From: Longimicrobiales bacterium
Lineage (GTDB): Bacteria; Gemmatimonadota; Gemmatimonadetes; Longimicrobiales; Gaopeijiaceae
Length of the DNA: 64,000 nucleotides
Direction of reading: 5' to 3'
Assembly (NCBI GenBank): GCA_965238005.1
Contig: OZ250165.1
Location: 864,001 to 928,000 of the forward strand
This document shows positions 29,825 through 40,604 of the stretch, in pieces (position 1 is the first letter of the stretch; each line of letters begins with the position of its first letter). The notes beneath the pieces are model-generated. The model had not been told where the DNA came from. It worked only from the letters and a program-made list of their open reading frames with translations, and made no database searches. The position numbers and the translations under genes are program-made.

Positions 29825-30874
29825 CAGCCGGCAGTGGGGCGGCGTCTCCATCTGGACTTCTTTCAGGCCAAGTTAGGGGCGGCACGCGAAGGCCGAGAGT
29901 CGTATGGATGAGCTACTGGAAGAGGCACCCGACTTTCCCGTCGTTGACATTGTGGCCTTCAGAGCGATCCGTGGCCGGGCTTCGAATGACACACGCAGCG
30001 GTGTGGGGTTGGGTCTGCGATCCCAATGGCTTGTGGCCAGCAAGCCGGTTATCATTTTTGTATACCATCGACGAGAGGGTTGTCATGCTATCTAGTGTTC
30101 TTCGCTCCAGCGTCGTCGTTTTGGCTTGCTTACTCCTCCACGAATCAGAGGCCTCAGCGCAAACCCGGGACGAAGCTCAAGGGCCGTTACTCTACCCGCG
30201 GATGCTGTTCGACCAGCGAGCCACCATGCGGGACGGAATCGAGCTTTCCGCCGAGGTCTATTTGCCCAAAGAGCCCGGACAGTATCCAGCCCTCCTCATC
30301 CGAACTCCATACCTCAACAATGGGGAGTCTTCCCTGGAGTTTGGACGATACTTCGCCCGCGCAGGCTACGCGGTGGTCATCCAGGATGTGCGTGGCCGCG
30401 GTGAGTCGGACGGTGAGTTCGATGTTTATTTTCAGGAAGACGAGGATGGCTACGACACGGTGGAATGGGGGGCGCTAAACAACAGCCCTGGTGTAACGGG
30501 AAGGTCGGACTGATGGGTGGCTCGTATCTGGGCTTCGTTCAGTGGGCGGCGGCCAAGCTCAGGCCGCCCCACCTGGTCGCCCTCGCGAGTACGGCTGCAG
30601 TGGGCAGGACGTTCCGCGAATACCACTACAACTACGGAGCAGTCAACCTGTATCCCCTGCGCTGGTACTTTGGTGTCTCAGGAAGGACCAGCCAGAATTC
30701 CGATATTGTGGATTGGGCCACGGTCTACAACCACCTCCCAACTCCACGATTGGAGCTGTCCCGTTTCAGTGGACGGGTGAACACTGAGGTTTATAGTCTG
30801 TCCCCCTCGCTGGGGAGAGGAAAGCTTCCCCCGCGCAGCGGGGGAGTAAAGGGCAACTTGGCCACGCAGGTTTC

Positions 30875-31726
30875 TCATGCTGCCGCTCCGTGGCGACGCT
30901 CGAAGTTGATGGGCGACAGCTGACCCAGTGCCGAGTGTCGCCTCCGGGGGTTGTAGAAGCCCTCGATGAAGTCGAACACGGCCATCTTCGCCTCGGCCTG
31001 GGTCCGGAAGCGCTGCCGGTCGAGTAGCTCGCACTCGAGCGTCGCGAAGAAGCTCTCGCACATCGCGTTGTCGTAGGCGTCGCCCACGGAGCCCATCGAG
31101 GGCCGCACACCGACATCGTTGCAGCGTAGGCCGAAGGCGATCGAGGTGTACTGGGTTCCCTGATCACTGTGATGGATGACGCATTCGGGCCGGCGCTGCC
31201 AGGTCGCCATGTTCAGCGCGTCCAGGACGAGCTCGGTGCGCAGGTGCGTAGCCATCGACCACCCGACCACCCGCCTGCTCCAGACGTCGAGCACAACCGC
31301 GAGGTACAAGAACCCCGCCCAGGTCGGGATGTAGGTGATGTCGGCCACCCACAACTGGTCTGGCCCGTCTGCGCTGAAGTCCCGCTCGATGAGATCCGGC
31401 GCGGGACGGGCGTCCTCGTTGCGCCTGGTCGTCTTCGGGCCGCGCCGCCTCCGGCTAGCTCCCACAATCTCGGCCTGCTTCATGAGCCGGCCCACCCGCT
31501 TCTCACCGACCCGCTCGCCAGCTTCCTTGAGGTCCGCGTAGATGCGGGGCCGGCCATAGACCCTTCGGTTCTCGCGCCAGACCGTCTCGATCCGCTCTGT
31601 GAGCTCCTCATCTCGCTTCGCCCGAGCCGAAGGCTCGCGATCCAACCAGGCGTAGTAGCCGCTGGGGGAGAGATCCAGCACACGGCACATCGCCCGCACA
31701 GGGAAGTCGGCCTGATTCGTCTTCAT
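30875..31726 (-). CDS. IS3 transposase OrfB
   Basis: Translation identical to 27634-28485. Confidence 0.95.
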   Translation of the reverse strand: MKTNQADFPVRAMCRVLDLSPSGYYAWLDREPSARAKRDEELTERIETVWRENRRVYGRPRIYADLKEAGERVGEKRVGRLMKQAEIVGASRRRRGPKTTRRNEDARPAPDLIERDFSADGPDQLWVADITYIPTWAGFLYLAVVLDVWSRRVVGWSMATHLRTELVLDALNMATWQRRPECVIHHSDQGTQYTSIAFGLRCNDVGVRPSMGSVGDAYDNAMCESFFATLECELLDRQRFRTQAEAKMAVFDFIEGFYNPRRRHSALGQLSPINFERRHGAAA

Positions 31727-32037
31727 GAACTCGAACCCCGTTCCGGGATCGAGTTGCTCTCCCGAGCAAACCAGGCGGCGGCTTTTTTTAGAATCTCCTG
31801 CTCCATGCGCAGACGCTTGTTGTCACGCCGAAGCTGCCTGAGTTCCCCACGCTCCTCCGTCGTCAGCCCGTCACTGCGACGGCCTTCATCCAAGTCAGCT
31901 TGTTTGACCCAGTTCCGTATCGCCCCGTTTGAGGGCTCGAACTCCCGGGCCAGCTCCTCCACGGAGCGGCCCGACCTGACCAACTCGACCATCTGCCGCC
32001 GAAACTCCGGCGGGTACGGCGCATGTGTTCTTGGCAT
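31723..32037 (-). CDS. IS3 transposase OrfA
   Basis: Translation identical to 28482-28796. Confidence 0.93.
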   Translation of the reverse strand: MPRTHAPYPPEFRRQMVELVRSGRSVEELAREFEPSNGAIRNWVKQADLDEGRRSDGLTTEERGELRQLRRDNKRLRMEQEILKKAAAWFARESNSIPERGSSS

Positions 32038-33477
32038 CGTGGACTCCTCCTGTCTCCCTCACTACTGAGGTGTCCACCAAAGCGGGTCAACTCCAGATGG
32101 ATGAGGCGATGGGAATGCCCTCCCAGATGTGGCAGGATTACATCGAGCACTCCACCTTCGACGATTACTGGAAGCGAATGGATCTCGCAGGCCATTTCGA
32201 GAACATCGACTATCCGGCCCTTCACATCACCGGCTGGTTTGACGGGGACCAGGGGGGAGAGATGTTCTTTTATGAAGGTATGACCGCCGAGTCGCCGGCG
32301 GCGGATCGCCAATGGCTCCTCCTCGGCCCGTGGACCCACGGCGGCACCCGCAACCCGAGGCTCGAGGTGGCTGACTTCTCGTTCGATAAAGAGGCCATTG
32401 TCGATATGAAGGAACTGCACCTTCAGTGGTTCGACTACTGGCTGAAGGACAAGACCGACAACGGCATCGACAAAGAACCCAAGGTGAAGTACTACCTGAC
32501 CGGCATAAACAAATGGCTGACTTCTCCGTCGTGGCCGCCCCCGCGGGTGAGCACGGAGAACTGGTACCTGCACAGTGGCGGAACGGCCAACACCATGGCC
32601 GGTGACGGAGTGCTTTCGCGCGAACCGCCGGGATCCGAGACGCCCGACCGCTACATCTACAACCCGGAATTCCCGGTTCCAACGACTCCTGACAAGGCAT
32701 TGTCGTGGACACACTCCGGGCAATCGTTGGACCAGCGTTTTGTCGAGCGACGCGACGACGTATTGGTCTACACGAGTGAGTTGCTGACCGAACCGGTGGC
32801 CATTGCAGGCCGCATCAAGCTCGTGTTCTACGCGTCCAGTGACGCTCGTGATACCGATTTCATGGCGAAGCTGATTGACGTACACCCGGACGAGCGCGCC
32901 GTGATGTTGGGACCGTATATCGGCGCAATCCGGGCTCGCTTCCGCGATTCGTTATCCGAGCCACGGCTGATGACGCCAGGCGAGATCTATCGGTTCGAAA
33001 TCGATTTGAGCCATGTCGGACACGTGTTCCAGCCCGGGCATCGTGTCCGCGTGGAAATCACGAGCAGCAACTTTCCACTCTATGCTCGGAACCCGAATAC
33101 CGGTGCACCGATCGGCACTACCACCGAGATGCGGCTCGCCCGGCAGACCATCTTTCACGACAGCGAGCACCCTTCCACGCTCATTCTGCCGGTGCTGCCG
33201 GCCGAAGTGTATCGCAATGCAGACCGCGCGAGTGGGAACCTTCAGAATTAGTATGAAGGATGCTTCACCTTCCAGACGCTCCCCGGCGGGACGCTCGTTC
33301 CCAAAGACGAGATCCGAATCGAGCTGACACAAGACGGGGTCCCTACGGATGAGCCAGGAGGTGGGCCATGGACAGGTGGCCAGGTGTCGAAGCCTTCGTT
33401 GGGGAAGCGGCGGCAGCTGGAAAGCTGACTGAGGGTCAGCTCGCCAAATGGGTGCGAAGACACATCGGCCCACGCGC

Positions 33478-33630
33478 TCACCGTGGCGCACGACGCAGAT
33501 GGCGGTCGAAGAACGCCGCCGCCCGTCGCACGAAGTCGTATCGCGACGCCTCGGTCTGAATCGTGTGCGGCTCGACCGGATAGTACATCACCTCGAAATC
33601 CTTCTCGAGTTCGATCAGCTTCTGCACAAG
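33478..33630 (-). pseudogene. S9 peptidase C-terminal fragment
   Basis: Manual translation LVQKLIELEKDFEVMYYPVEPHTI..FFDRHL..*. Confidence 0.75.
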
Positions 33631-33877
33631 CCGGGCGGCCCTTGCGAAGGCTCTGGCGGATCGCTCAGTGCGTCAGGCGCGGGTCCGCCGCAGAAGCCCT
33701 AGACGCTAGCATCAGCGCAACTCCAATCGGTCCGTTTGACCGATCATCCAAGAAGTGAGCACCCCGGCCATAGCCACGCTATACCACTCGGCATATGTTT
33801 TCCTCCGGGTTCTCTTTTCATCCGAGGCAGACAAAGCACATTCCGCGATCACACCCAACTCCAACAGGATGTAGCGC

Positions 33878-35074
33878 ATGGCATTCGGAGTCATTGGAGA
33901 CGAGACAGTAGAAACGGACCAGGCAGAGAAAAAAATCGTCAAAGCCATCACCACGGAGACCATCGTTTCCTTGGTTATCGCCGGAGGCTTGTTTGGTGTC
34001 TTCGCGTCGATAATGGGTCTTGCCTACACACTCAAGACTATGATGGGGACGGCTCACGATCTCATACTGAACACCGTCTTCTTCCTGATGGGAGTCATCA
34101 TCATCGCGGGTGCCTTCACGTCAGTCATCTCCGAGTTCGGCATCGTGAGCATCGCCAACCGAATCCTGTCTCCGCTGATGAAGCCGCTCTTTGGACTACC
34201 CGGCGCGATTTCGGTCGGCGCTGTTGCCACCTATCTATCGGACAATCCCGCCGTCATGCCGTTGAGCGCCGATAAAGGGTTCCTGAAGTACTTCAAGAAA
34301 TGGCAAGTCACGACGTTGGTGAACTTGGGCACCGTCTTCGGCATGGGGCTCATCGTGACAACGTTCATGTTGGCTTTGTCATCAGATACTGAGTCGTTGG
34401 GGAGAGCAGTCCTGCTGGGTAACATCGGCGCGATTCTAGGGGGCGTTGTCAGCGTCAGGCTCATGGGGTACTTCGGAAAGAAGAAATACGGGAAAGACGA
34501 GGACGTAGTCTCCGGGGAGGTAGAAGGTTACGACATTTTTCGTTATCGAGAAGTCCGTCAAGGCAACGTCGCGCAGCGGGTCCTGCAAGCCATGCTCGAC
34601 GGCGGCGTCCATGGTGTCAAGACGGGTTTCGACATCATGCCCGGGGTCATCATCATCACCACCATGGTCATGATGCTCGCCTATGGACAACCGAGCGAGG
34701 GAGTGTATACCGGAGGTGCATATGAAGGGATCGCTTTCTTTCCTTGGATCGGAGGGAAACTGTCCTTCATCATCGAACCGCTGTTTGGGTTCTCCAATCC
34801 GGAAGCTATCGCGTTCCCGGTCACGTCTCTGGGATCGGTTGGCGCCGCAATTGCCATGGTTCCGCAGTTCCTGGAGAGCGGTATCATAGACGCCAAAGCC
34901 GTTTGTGTCTTTACCGCTATCGGCATCTGCAACGCAGGCTTCCTGAGTACTCATGTGGGCATGATGGACGGCATCAAGGAGCGGGACCTGACCAGCGTGG
35001 CCATCGCCACCCACTTCACCGGTGGTCTCTGCGCTGGAGTGATAGGGCACATGCTCTTCCTGCTTTTTGGGTGA
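33878..35074 (+). CDS. Polytopic membrane protein, CD0519/CD1768-like (Gate-domain transporter)
   Basis: About 10 TMs; TYLSDNPA..FLKYFKK..NLGTVFGMG, GFLSTHVGMMD. Confidence 0.7.
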   Translation: MAFGVIGDETVETDQAEKKIVKAITTETIVSLVIAGGLFGVFASIMGLAYTLKTMMGTAHDLILNTVFFLMGVIIIAGAFTSVISEFGIVSIANRILSPLMKPLFGLPGAISVGAVATYLSDNPAVMPLSADKGFLKYFKKWQVTTLVNLGTVFGMGLIVTTFMLALSSDTESLGRAVLLGNIGAILGGVVSVRLMGYFGKKKYGKDEDVVSGEVEGYDIFRYREVRQGNVAQRVLQAMLDGGVHGVKTGFDIMPGVIIITTMVMMLAYGQPSEGVYTGGAYEGIAFFPWIGGKLSFIIEPLFGFSNPEAIAFPVTSLGSVGAAIAMVPQFLESGIIDAKAVCVFTAIGICNAGFLSTHVGMMDGIKERDLTSVAIATHFTGGLCAGVIGHMLFLLFG

Positions 35075-35163
35075 AGGGGGTAACCACTCTCGCCTTTCCC
35101 CTCCCCGCCCGACCACAACGCACTGACTTGAAGCCGGCCACATGATGGTCATCTTGGCTGGCC

Positions 35164-38100
35164 CTATTGCCACCACCACTGTCTCGGCAGGGCGCGCTGC
35201 CGGGGCCAAACCTCGTCCAGCGTGTCGGCGTCATAGAGGCGGCCATTCAGCATGACGAAGCGGATCGACTGCGTGTTTCGGATATCGAGCAGCGGATTCC
35301 GATCAAGGACCTGGAGGTCCGCCAATTTCCCCGTCTCCAACGAGCCCAGATCCTGATCGAGGCCCAGGGCGATGGCCCCATTGATCGTCGCGGAACGGAG
35401 GATCTCCCGGCTGGGGATATCACCCATGCCATGCATCTCCAGCTCCCAGTGATAGCCCAAGCCTTGGAGGTTGCCGTGCCCACCGATGGCCAACAACGCC
35501 CCTGCCTCGATCATCTTCCTGAGCCCCTCGGCGTCTTGCTTTAAGGTGAACTGGTTCTCCGCGTACCAGTTTCCTCGACGCAGTACTCGCCGATCGATCT
35601 CCTCGTGCGGGACGAACCGCCGAAGCTTGGGATCATCGTGGATGTTCCGCCGATAGTAAAAATAGTCTTCACCCTGGGCTGAGCTGGTGAGGGACGTGAT
35701 CAACGTGGCGGTGAAGGCGACCTTACTGGCCGCGACGACCGTCACGAGGTCCTTGTAGATCGGAAGGAAGGGCCATCCATGGCCGATCTCGTGATACCCG
35801 TCCCACACTTCGGTGAGATACTTGGCCATGTCCATGTCGGGATCGGTCACTGCGGTGACGCGCTTCTCCCGAGCGGCCATGATGATCCATTGTCGCACCT
35901 TCCGCTCGCCCGGGGAGTACTCCTTTATATAGTTCGTCCCGTAGAAGTCGTGATATCGGGCAATGAGGTTGCGCGCCTCCTCGAGGCTGGTGATGTTTTG
36001 GTCTCCGTGAAGCGCCGGACCCGTCGCGTACAGCCGCGGGCCGAACATCGCCCCCGTCTGCACCAGCTCCGCGTAGCCAAACGCATCCATACCTGTCGAG
36101 GGATCGCGGATCGTCGTGATTCCGTAGGCCACGTTCGCGTGGTACTCCCACTTGCTTGTACGCAGGAGATCCCATGTGCCGGCACCGACGTGCCCGTGGG
36201 CGTCGACATAGCCCGGCAGGATCGTCTTACCCCTGACATCGATCACCTCCGCCCCCTCAGGAATCGCCACCCGTCCAGAGGCACCGACAGCCGTGATCCG
36301 GTTATCGGTTACCACCAGATCACCATTCTCGATGACCTCGCTACCGTTCATCGTGATCAGTCGCGCGCCGCGGAACACCACGGTTCCTTGCGGTCGATCC
36401 TGGGGAACAACAAGCGTGACATCGAGCCGTCGCGCGGGGCTCCTTCCATCGTTCGCCCCATCGGCCGTAGAGGGTGCATCGATCGTGAAGAAAGATCGGC
36501 CGATCGAATAGTGGATGGTCTTTGCATCCCGGCTCCAGTCGGGGAAATGCGCCGCGATCGACGTGAGCTTGCGGAGGGGCACTCCAGACGCCGCCGGCGT
36601 CACGAGGTTGATGGTGGCTGCCGGCACACCGGGCATGGCAAAATGGTAGAGCTGCGGTCCGGGACCGCCCGTGGCAATGGCTTGGGCCCCATCGGGCGAG
36701 ATCCAGACATTCTGGGCGCCTGGAACCTTCACCTCCACCCGTCGGTCCTGACCATCCCAGCGCATCGAGACTAGCTCGACCGATCCGCTCCCGTCATTGG
36801 CCGCGACCCAGACGCGCGAGGTATCGCTGATGAACTGGGGCGTGGCAGTGCCCGGTGCGATGACCGTCGCCTCCCCACCATCGCTCGGCAGCCACACCAG
36901 ATCGCTCAGCTCGGCCCCGTCCCCCCGCAGCTGCTGCTGCCGCCCGCGGCGCCGGGCTACGATGCGGCGTCCGTCGGAGGAATAGGTTGGCGTGTCGTAG
37001 TGCGCACGACGGGTTGTGAGGCGTTTCGGCGGCTCCGGTGTGGACGATGTTGCCGAGACGCGGTATATGTCACCCCCTGGATTCTGCCCTTCGTTGGTCC
37101 AGGTCACATACGCGATGAACTGTCCATCAGGAGACCAGACAGGCCCATGTTCGCCTAACTCAGACGCTTCGCTGGTGAGGCGACGTGGCCGGCATGCGGA
37201 CCGGCTACCAGCTCCCGACTCGCAGCCGACGAGATCCATCACCCACAGTTTGTTGAGCGCCGTGAACACCAGACGGCGCCCGTCGGGCGATGGCCGCGCC
37301 CCCCGGATCTGACGTACCAGAAGCGTGCTGTCTTTCAGCGGATACTGGAAGCGCTCCAGCGGAGCGAGGCCCAGCTCGACATCGGCCGTAAAGGGAATCT
37401 TGGTGGCCAGCCCCCCCGGAATCGCGATTCGCCAGAAGCTGCCCTTGTTGTAGATGATGAGTGCCTGGCCATCAGGGGTAAACGCCGAGGCGGGCATGAG
37501 GTCACGCGACGTCCAACCCTCCTGCTCGTCCCGCTGCGCGTCCGCCACCAGCATCCGATCATCGCCGGTAGTGAGATCCACGAGCCGGAGCGCCTGGCCC
37601 GCCTCATGACGGGTGCCGTACACCAGCCAGCGGTTGTCGGGGCTGATGATGGGCCGCACCGCACCTCCACGCCTCCGCACGCGCGTCTCGGTCTTGCCGG
37701 TATGTCGGTCGTATACGACGATGGACCGACTACCGTAGCCTACGAGCGCTCCGGCCGCGGCGTAGACGTACCGGGGATCCGAGCCAAAGGCGGGTCCCGA
37801 GACAGACTTGCCTCCGGTCACCGGAAGAGGCGTCCCGGTCCCGCCCCTGAGGTCAAGGAGGACCAGCTCATAGGAATCGTATTCAGGATAGTGACGGACG
37901 GGAAAGGGTGTGCGCACGCGCGACGTCACACCAGCCCCGCGCAGTACGGCGATGTGCCCGTCGGGCGTCCACTCCGGTGATTGATAACGGGAATCATCAC
38001 CCTGCGTAATCATGCGCAGACTGTTCCCGTCGGCCGCACCGATCCAGACGTTATGGGCCCCGCCGCGATCACTCACGAAGACGATTTGCGCGCCGTCCGG

Positions 38101-38397
38101 AGAGAACCGCGGCTGCGCGTCGTAACTGAATCCGCTCGTAATACGCGTCGCCTTCCCCCCGGTGATCGGCAGCGTGTAGAGATCGCCCAACATCTCGAAG
38201 ACGATTGTGCGCCCGTCGGGCGACACGTCCAGATCCAGCCAGGTGCCCTCGTCTGTGGTGAAGCTGACCGTGCGCGTCGGCTCAAGGGGGAACCCCACGG
38301 GATCTGCCCGCTGCGCTTCACCGGCCACGGGTATGGCTACCAGGGCACAGACCAACAGTGCGACCATCAACATGCCCCGGTCGAGATATCGCTTCAT
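35164..38397 (-). CDS. Secreted amidohydrolase with TolB-like PD40 propellers
   Basis: Signal peptide; repeated SPDG; GKTILPGYVDAHGH; GSLETGKLADL. Confidence 0.9.
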   Translation of the reverse strand: MKRYLDRGMLMVALLVCALVAIPVAGEAQRADPVGFPLEPTRTVSFTTDEGTWLDLDVSPDGRTIVFEMLGDLYTLPITGGKATRITSGFSYDAQPRFSPDGAQIVFVSDRGGAHNVWIGAADGNSLRMITQGDDSRYQSPEWTPDGHIAVLRGAGVTSRVRTPFPVRHYPEYDSYELVLLDLRGGTGTPLPVTGGKSVSGPAFGSDPRYVYAAAGALVGYGSRSIVVYDRHTGKTETRVRRRGGAVRPIISPDNRWLVYGTRHEAGQALRLVDLTTGDDRMLVADAQRDEQEGWTSRDLMPASAFTPDGQALIIYNKGSFWRIAIPGGLATKIPFTADVELGLAPLERFQYPLKDSTLLVRQIRGARPSPDGRRLVFTALNKLWVMDLVGCESGAGSRSACRPRRLTSEASELGEHGPVWSPDGQFIAYVTWTNEGQNPGGDIYRVSATSSTPEPPKRLTTRRAHYDTPTYSSDGRRIVARRRGRQQQLRGDGAELSDLVWLPSDGGEATVIAPGTATPQFISDTSRVWVAANDGSGSVELVSMRWDGQDRRVEVKVPGAQNVWISPDGAQAIATGGPGPQLYHFAMPGVPAATINLVTPAASGVPLRKLTSIAAHFPDWSRDAKTIHYSIGRSFFTIDAPSTADGANDGRSPARRLDVTLVVPQDRPQGTVVFRGARLITMNGSEVIENGDLVVTDNRITAVGASGRVAIPEGAEVIDVRGKTILPGYVDAHGHVGAGTWDLLRTSKWEYHANVAYGITTIRDPSTGMDAFGYAELVQTGAMFGPRLYATGPALHGDQNITSLEEARNLIARYHDFYGTNYIKEYSPGERKVRQWIIMAAREKRVTAVTDPDMDMAKYLTEVWDGYHEIGHGWPFLPIYKDLVTVVAASKVAFTATLITSLTSSAQGEDYFYYRRNIHDDPKLRRFVPHEEIDRRVLRRGNWYAENQFTLKQDAEGLRKMIEAGALLAIGGHGNLQGLGYHWELEMHGMGDIPSREILRSATINGAIALGLDQDLGSLETGKLADLQVLDRNPLLDIRNTQSIRFVMLNGRLYDADTLDEVWPRQRALPRQWWWQ

Positions 38398-38427
38398 CTG
38401 GCCTACCCTCCCTCTTTACCTGTCGGG

Positions 38428-40323
38428 TTACGGACTTCTGCCAAGGATGCGCGTGTCGAGACTCACCAGCCCGGAGCGGAACCGTCTTCCCGGCTCCACC
38501 GGCCGAATGTCGGTGATTCGAAAGGTGAGCGTCCTTGGCGACGACACTCCTCCCGGGGCGAGCACTGCTCCGGAGAGCTGCGGGCTGAAATCCCACACGG
38601 CTCCGGTTCCGTTCTCGCCGTTATCCGTGTTCAGAATCTCTGCAATACCCAGCTGGGACTCGAGCCGGAGCACCCGAACCTTCACTGGAGCCACGACGGT
38701 TTCTTTCGAAGTATTCCGGAGCTGGGCCGTCAAGGTCAGCGTGCCCGTTGCCCGATCGAAGCTCTGGCGGGAGAGCTCCAGGCGCAGCGAGCTGCTGATG
38801 TCGTCCAGTCCCGCGAGATCGGGAGCCCCATTTCTTACCGCGGTGCCATCCACCGTCACTGACGTCGTCCAGAGCTGCATTACGCCTGTTCGACTGTCGC
38901 TCCAGACTGGATGAAAGGTGCCGTCCAGGTCGGCGGCTAATCCCCCCGTATCACCGCCGCCGATCAAATGTCGCGAGATCACGGCGCTCATCCCCTGGCC
39001 ACCCCGGACGATGATCGGCCACTCGGTTGTTGGCGAGTAGATGTCGTGGGCGACATCGGTGAGCGCCACACTCGCCGAGAAGGTCTCGCCCCCGTCGAGC
39101 GAGGCCGCACCCCGCACGATCCAACCAAGACCATCTCTGGCGTCGCGGGTGTCGTTCCAGGTCACCAGCACGACGCCATCGTTGTTCACGGCCACGACAG
39201 GGAGCAGATGATCAGACGCCGGCTCACCAGGCCCCGGATTTCGATCATCGTTGACGATCACTGGCCGCGACCAGGTCTTGCCCTTGTCCGTCGAATGGAT
39301 GAACTGCACCTGGCCTCGGCTATCCCCGCTGGCCGACGAGGCGGGGAATACCGCATAGAGCCGGTCCTTGAAGGCCTCGCTGCCTGGGTCGACCGCCATC
39401 TGGCCTTGCGGCCACGCGCCTGGTGTGCGGCTCAAGGCGACGGTGAAATCACCAATCTTGGACGCTTCCGAGAAGGTCTCTCCACCGTCGCTCGTGGTGA
39501 CCACGTAGGCCTCCATGTTGGGCCCGAGGAATGGCTGATACTCGTTGTCCCTCCCCCCGGAGGCCCGGCCTGGCTTGCCAAGCCCAAACCAGATGGCGAA
39601 CGTTCCGTCCTGCAGCACCGCACCCGTACCGAAGCCGAGGATGCTTGCCATCTCCGGGTAGAGCGCTTGCACCGGTCCGAGAAACGTGCTCCCGCCATCG
39701 AGCGACCGCCAGAGCTGTACCGCATAACGGGTTCCGACCGACGACGTAATGCCTGGGACGGCCAAATGGCCTGCGACATAGAGGCGGCCGGGATACTTGC
39801 CGTTCCGATCGATTCCGATGTACGGGCGGTCGGTGAACTCGAACCGCGACGCCTCCTTCCATGTGCGGCCCCCATCGGTCGACTTGTACACGACAGTATG
39901 CGCGCTAAAGCCCCAGCTAGTCCCGGGAATGACCGGAATCACGAGAATGACCACGTAGACGTCGTCTCCGAGCCCATAGACGACCGTGGGATCGGCCTGG
40001 GTCGTAGCCTCGGTGACCTGCAAAGTGAGGTCCCAGGTCTTGCCGCCATCGAACGTTACGTAGCAGTTCGTGTCCCGGTCCCGGTCGGGCTCCCTCGCCA
40101 GCACCTGGGAGCACGCGATCAGGCGACCGGGATGCCCCGGGTCGCTCGCGGCCAGAATCTCGTAATGCATCAAGTTCGGTTCCGCCTTGCTCACCTGCAC
40201 GGCGGGCCCGGCGGTGATCGACACCTTCGCGCGTCGGATACTTTGCCCCGAGGCCTGCTGGACGACACATCCCATGAATGCGCCGACGAGGATTACTCCA
40301 CTCACTCGCATCTTCGTCTCCAT
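38428..40323 (-). CDS. Sialidase-like BNR/Asp-box protein
   Basis: Signal peptide; six (S/T)xDxGxT(W/F) Asp-boxes. Confidence 0.8.
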   Translation of the reverse strand: METKMRVSGVILVGAFMGCVVQQASGQSIRRAKVSITAGPAVQVSKAEPNLMHYEILAASDPGHPGRLIACSQVLAREPDRDRDTNCYVTFDGGKTWDLTLQVTEATTQADPTVVYGLGDDVYVVILVIPVIPGTSWGFSAHTVVYKSTDGGRTWKEASRFEFTDRPYIGIDRNGKYPGRLYVAGHLAVPGITSSVGTRYAVQLWRSLDGGSTFLGPVQALYPEMASILGFGTGAVLQDGTFAIWFGLGKPGRASGGRDNEYQPFLGPNMEAYVVTTSDGGETFSEASKIGDFTVALSRTPGAWPQGQMAVDPGSEAFKDRLYAVFPASSASGDSRGQVQFIHSTDKGKTWSRPVIVNDDRNPGPGEPASDHLLPVVAVNNDGVVLVTWNDTRDARDGLGWIVRGAASLDGGETFSASVALTDVAHDIYSPTTEWPIIVRGGQGMSAVISRHLIGGGDTGGLAADLDGTFHPVWSDSRTGVMQLWTTSVTVDGTAVRNGAPDLAGLDDISSSLRLELSRQSFDRATGTLTLTAQLRNTSKETVVAPVKVRVLRLESQLGIAEILNTDNGENGTGAVWDFSPQLSGAVLAPGGVSSPRTLTFRITDIRPVEPGRRFRSGLVSLDTRILGRSP

Positions 40324-40604
40324 TTCGTTAAGGAATCCCCTCAGTTCCGGTTTGCCGGGGGTCGGCCGAGGACCTTCCCATCGAACTTGAGTAGCTCAAA
40401 CGCCGATCGCTGCCGCGGATCCGCCGCCTCCGCACGCGCGAGTCGGAAGCGCAGGACCTTTTCCCCGGTCGTGGCCCCGGTGCGAGCGCGCCCCCGGGCG
40501 CGGCCAGAAAGGCGAGGGAATGGCAGGGAAGAGGCGATGGACAGAGCGCGTGAAGATGAGAAGTTCTCCCAGGGTGGAGCGTGGCCGGCTGGGGTTCGTG
40601 TCAT

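Larger units (their letters stand above)
30751..32095 (-). mobile_element. IS3-family element copy 2 (1345 bp), TSD GAT
   Basis: Same ends and ORFs as copy 1; GAT on both flanks. Confidence 0.95.
30085..33251 (+). pseudogene. CocE/NonD-family hydrolase, frameshifted (~30470 and ~30745) and interrupted by IS3
   Basis: MRDGIELSA, RTPY, QDVRGRGESDG, GGSYLG, GWFD, GPWTH, C-terminal SSNFP. Confidence 0.9.

Noticed and set aside
27510..32095. Composite transposon formed by two identical direct IS3 copies
   Set aside because: Each copy has its own 3-bp duplication (AAT and GAT) and the outer flanks differ, so these are independent insertions.
33368..33500. Doc/Fic toxin C-terminus (AAGKLTEGQLAKWVRRH)
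   Set aside because: Too short, no Fic motif and no antitoxin; at most a scrap.
33648..33702. MITE or IS end (imperfect hairpin followed by CTAG)
   Set aside because: No partner end or second copy in the window.
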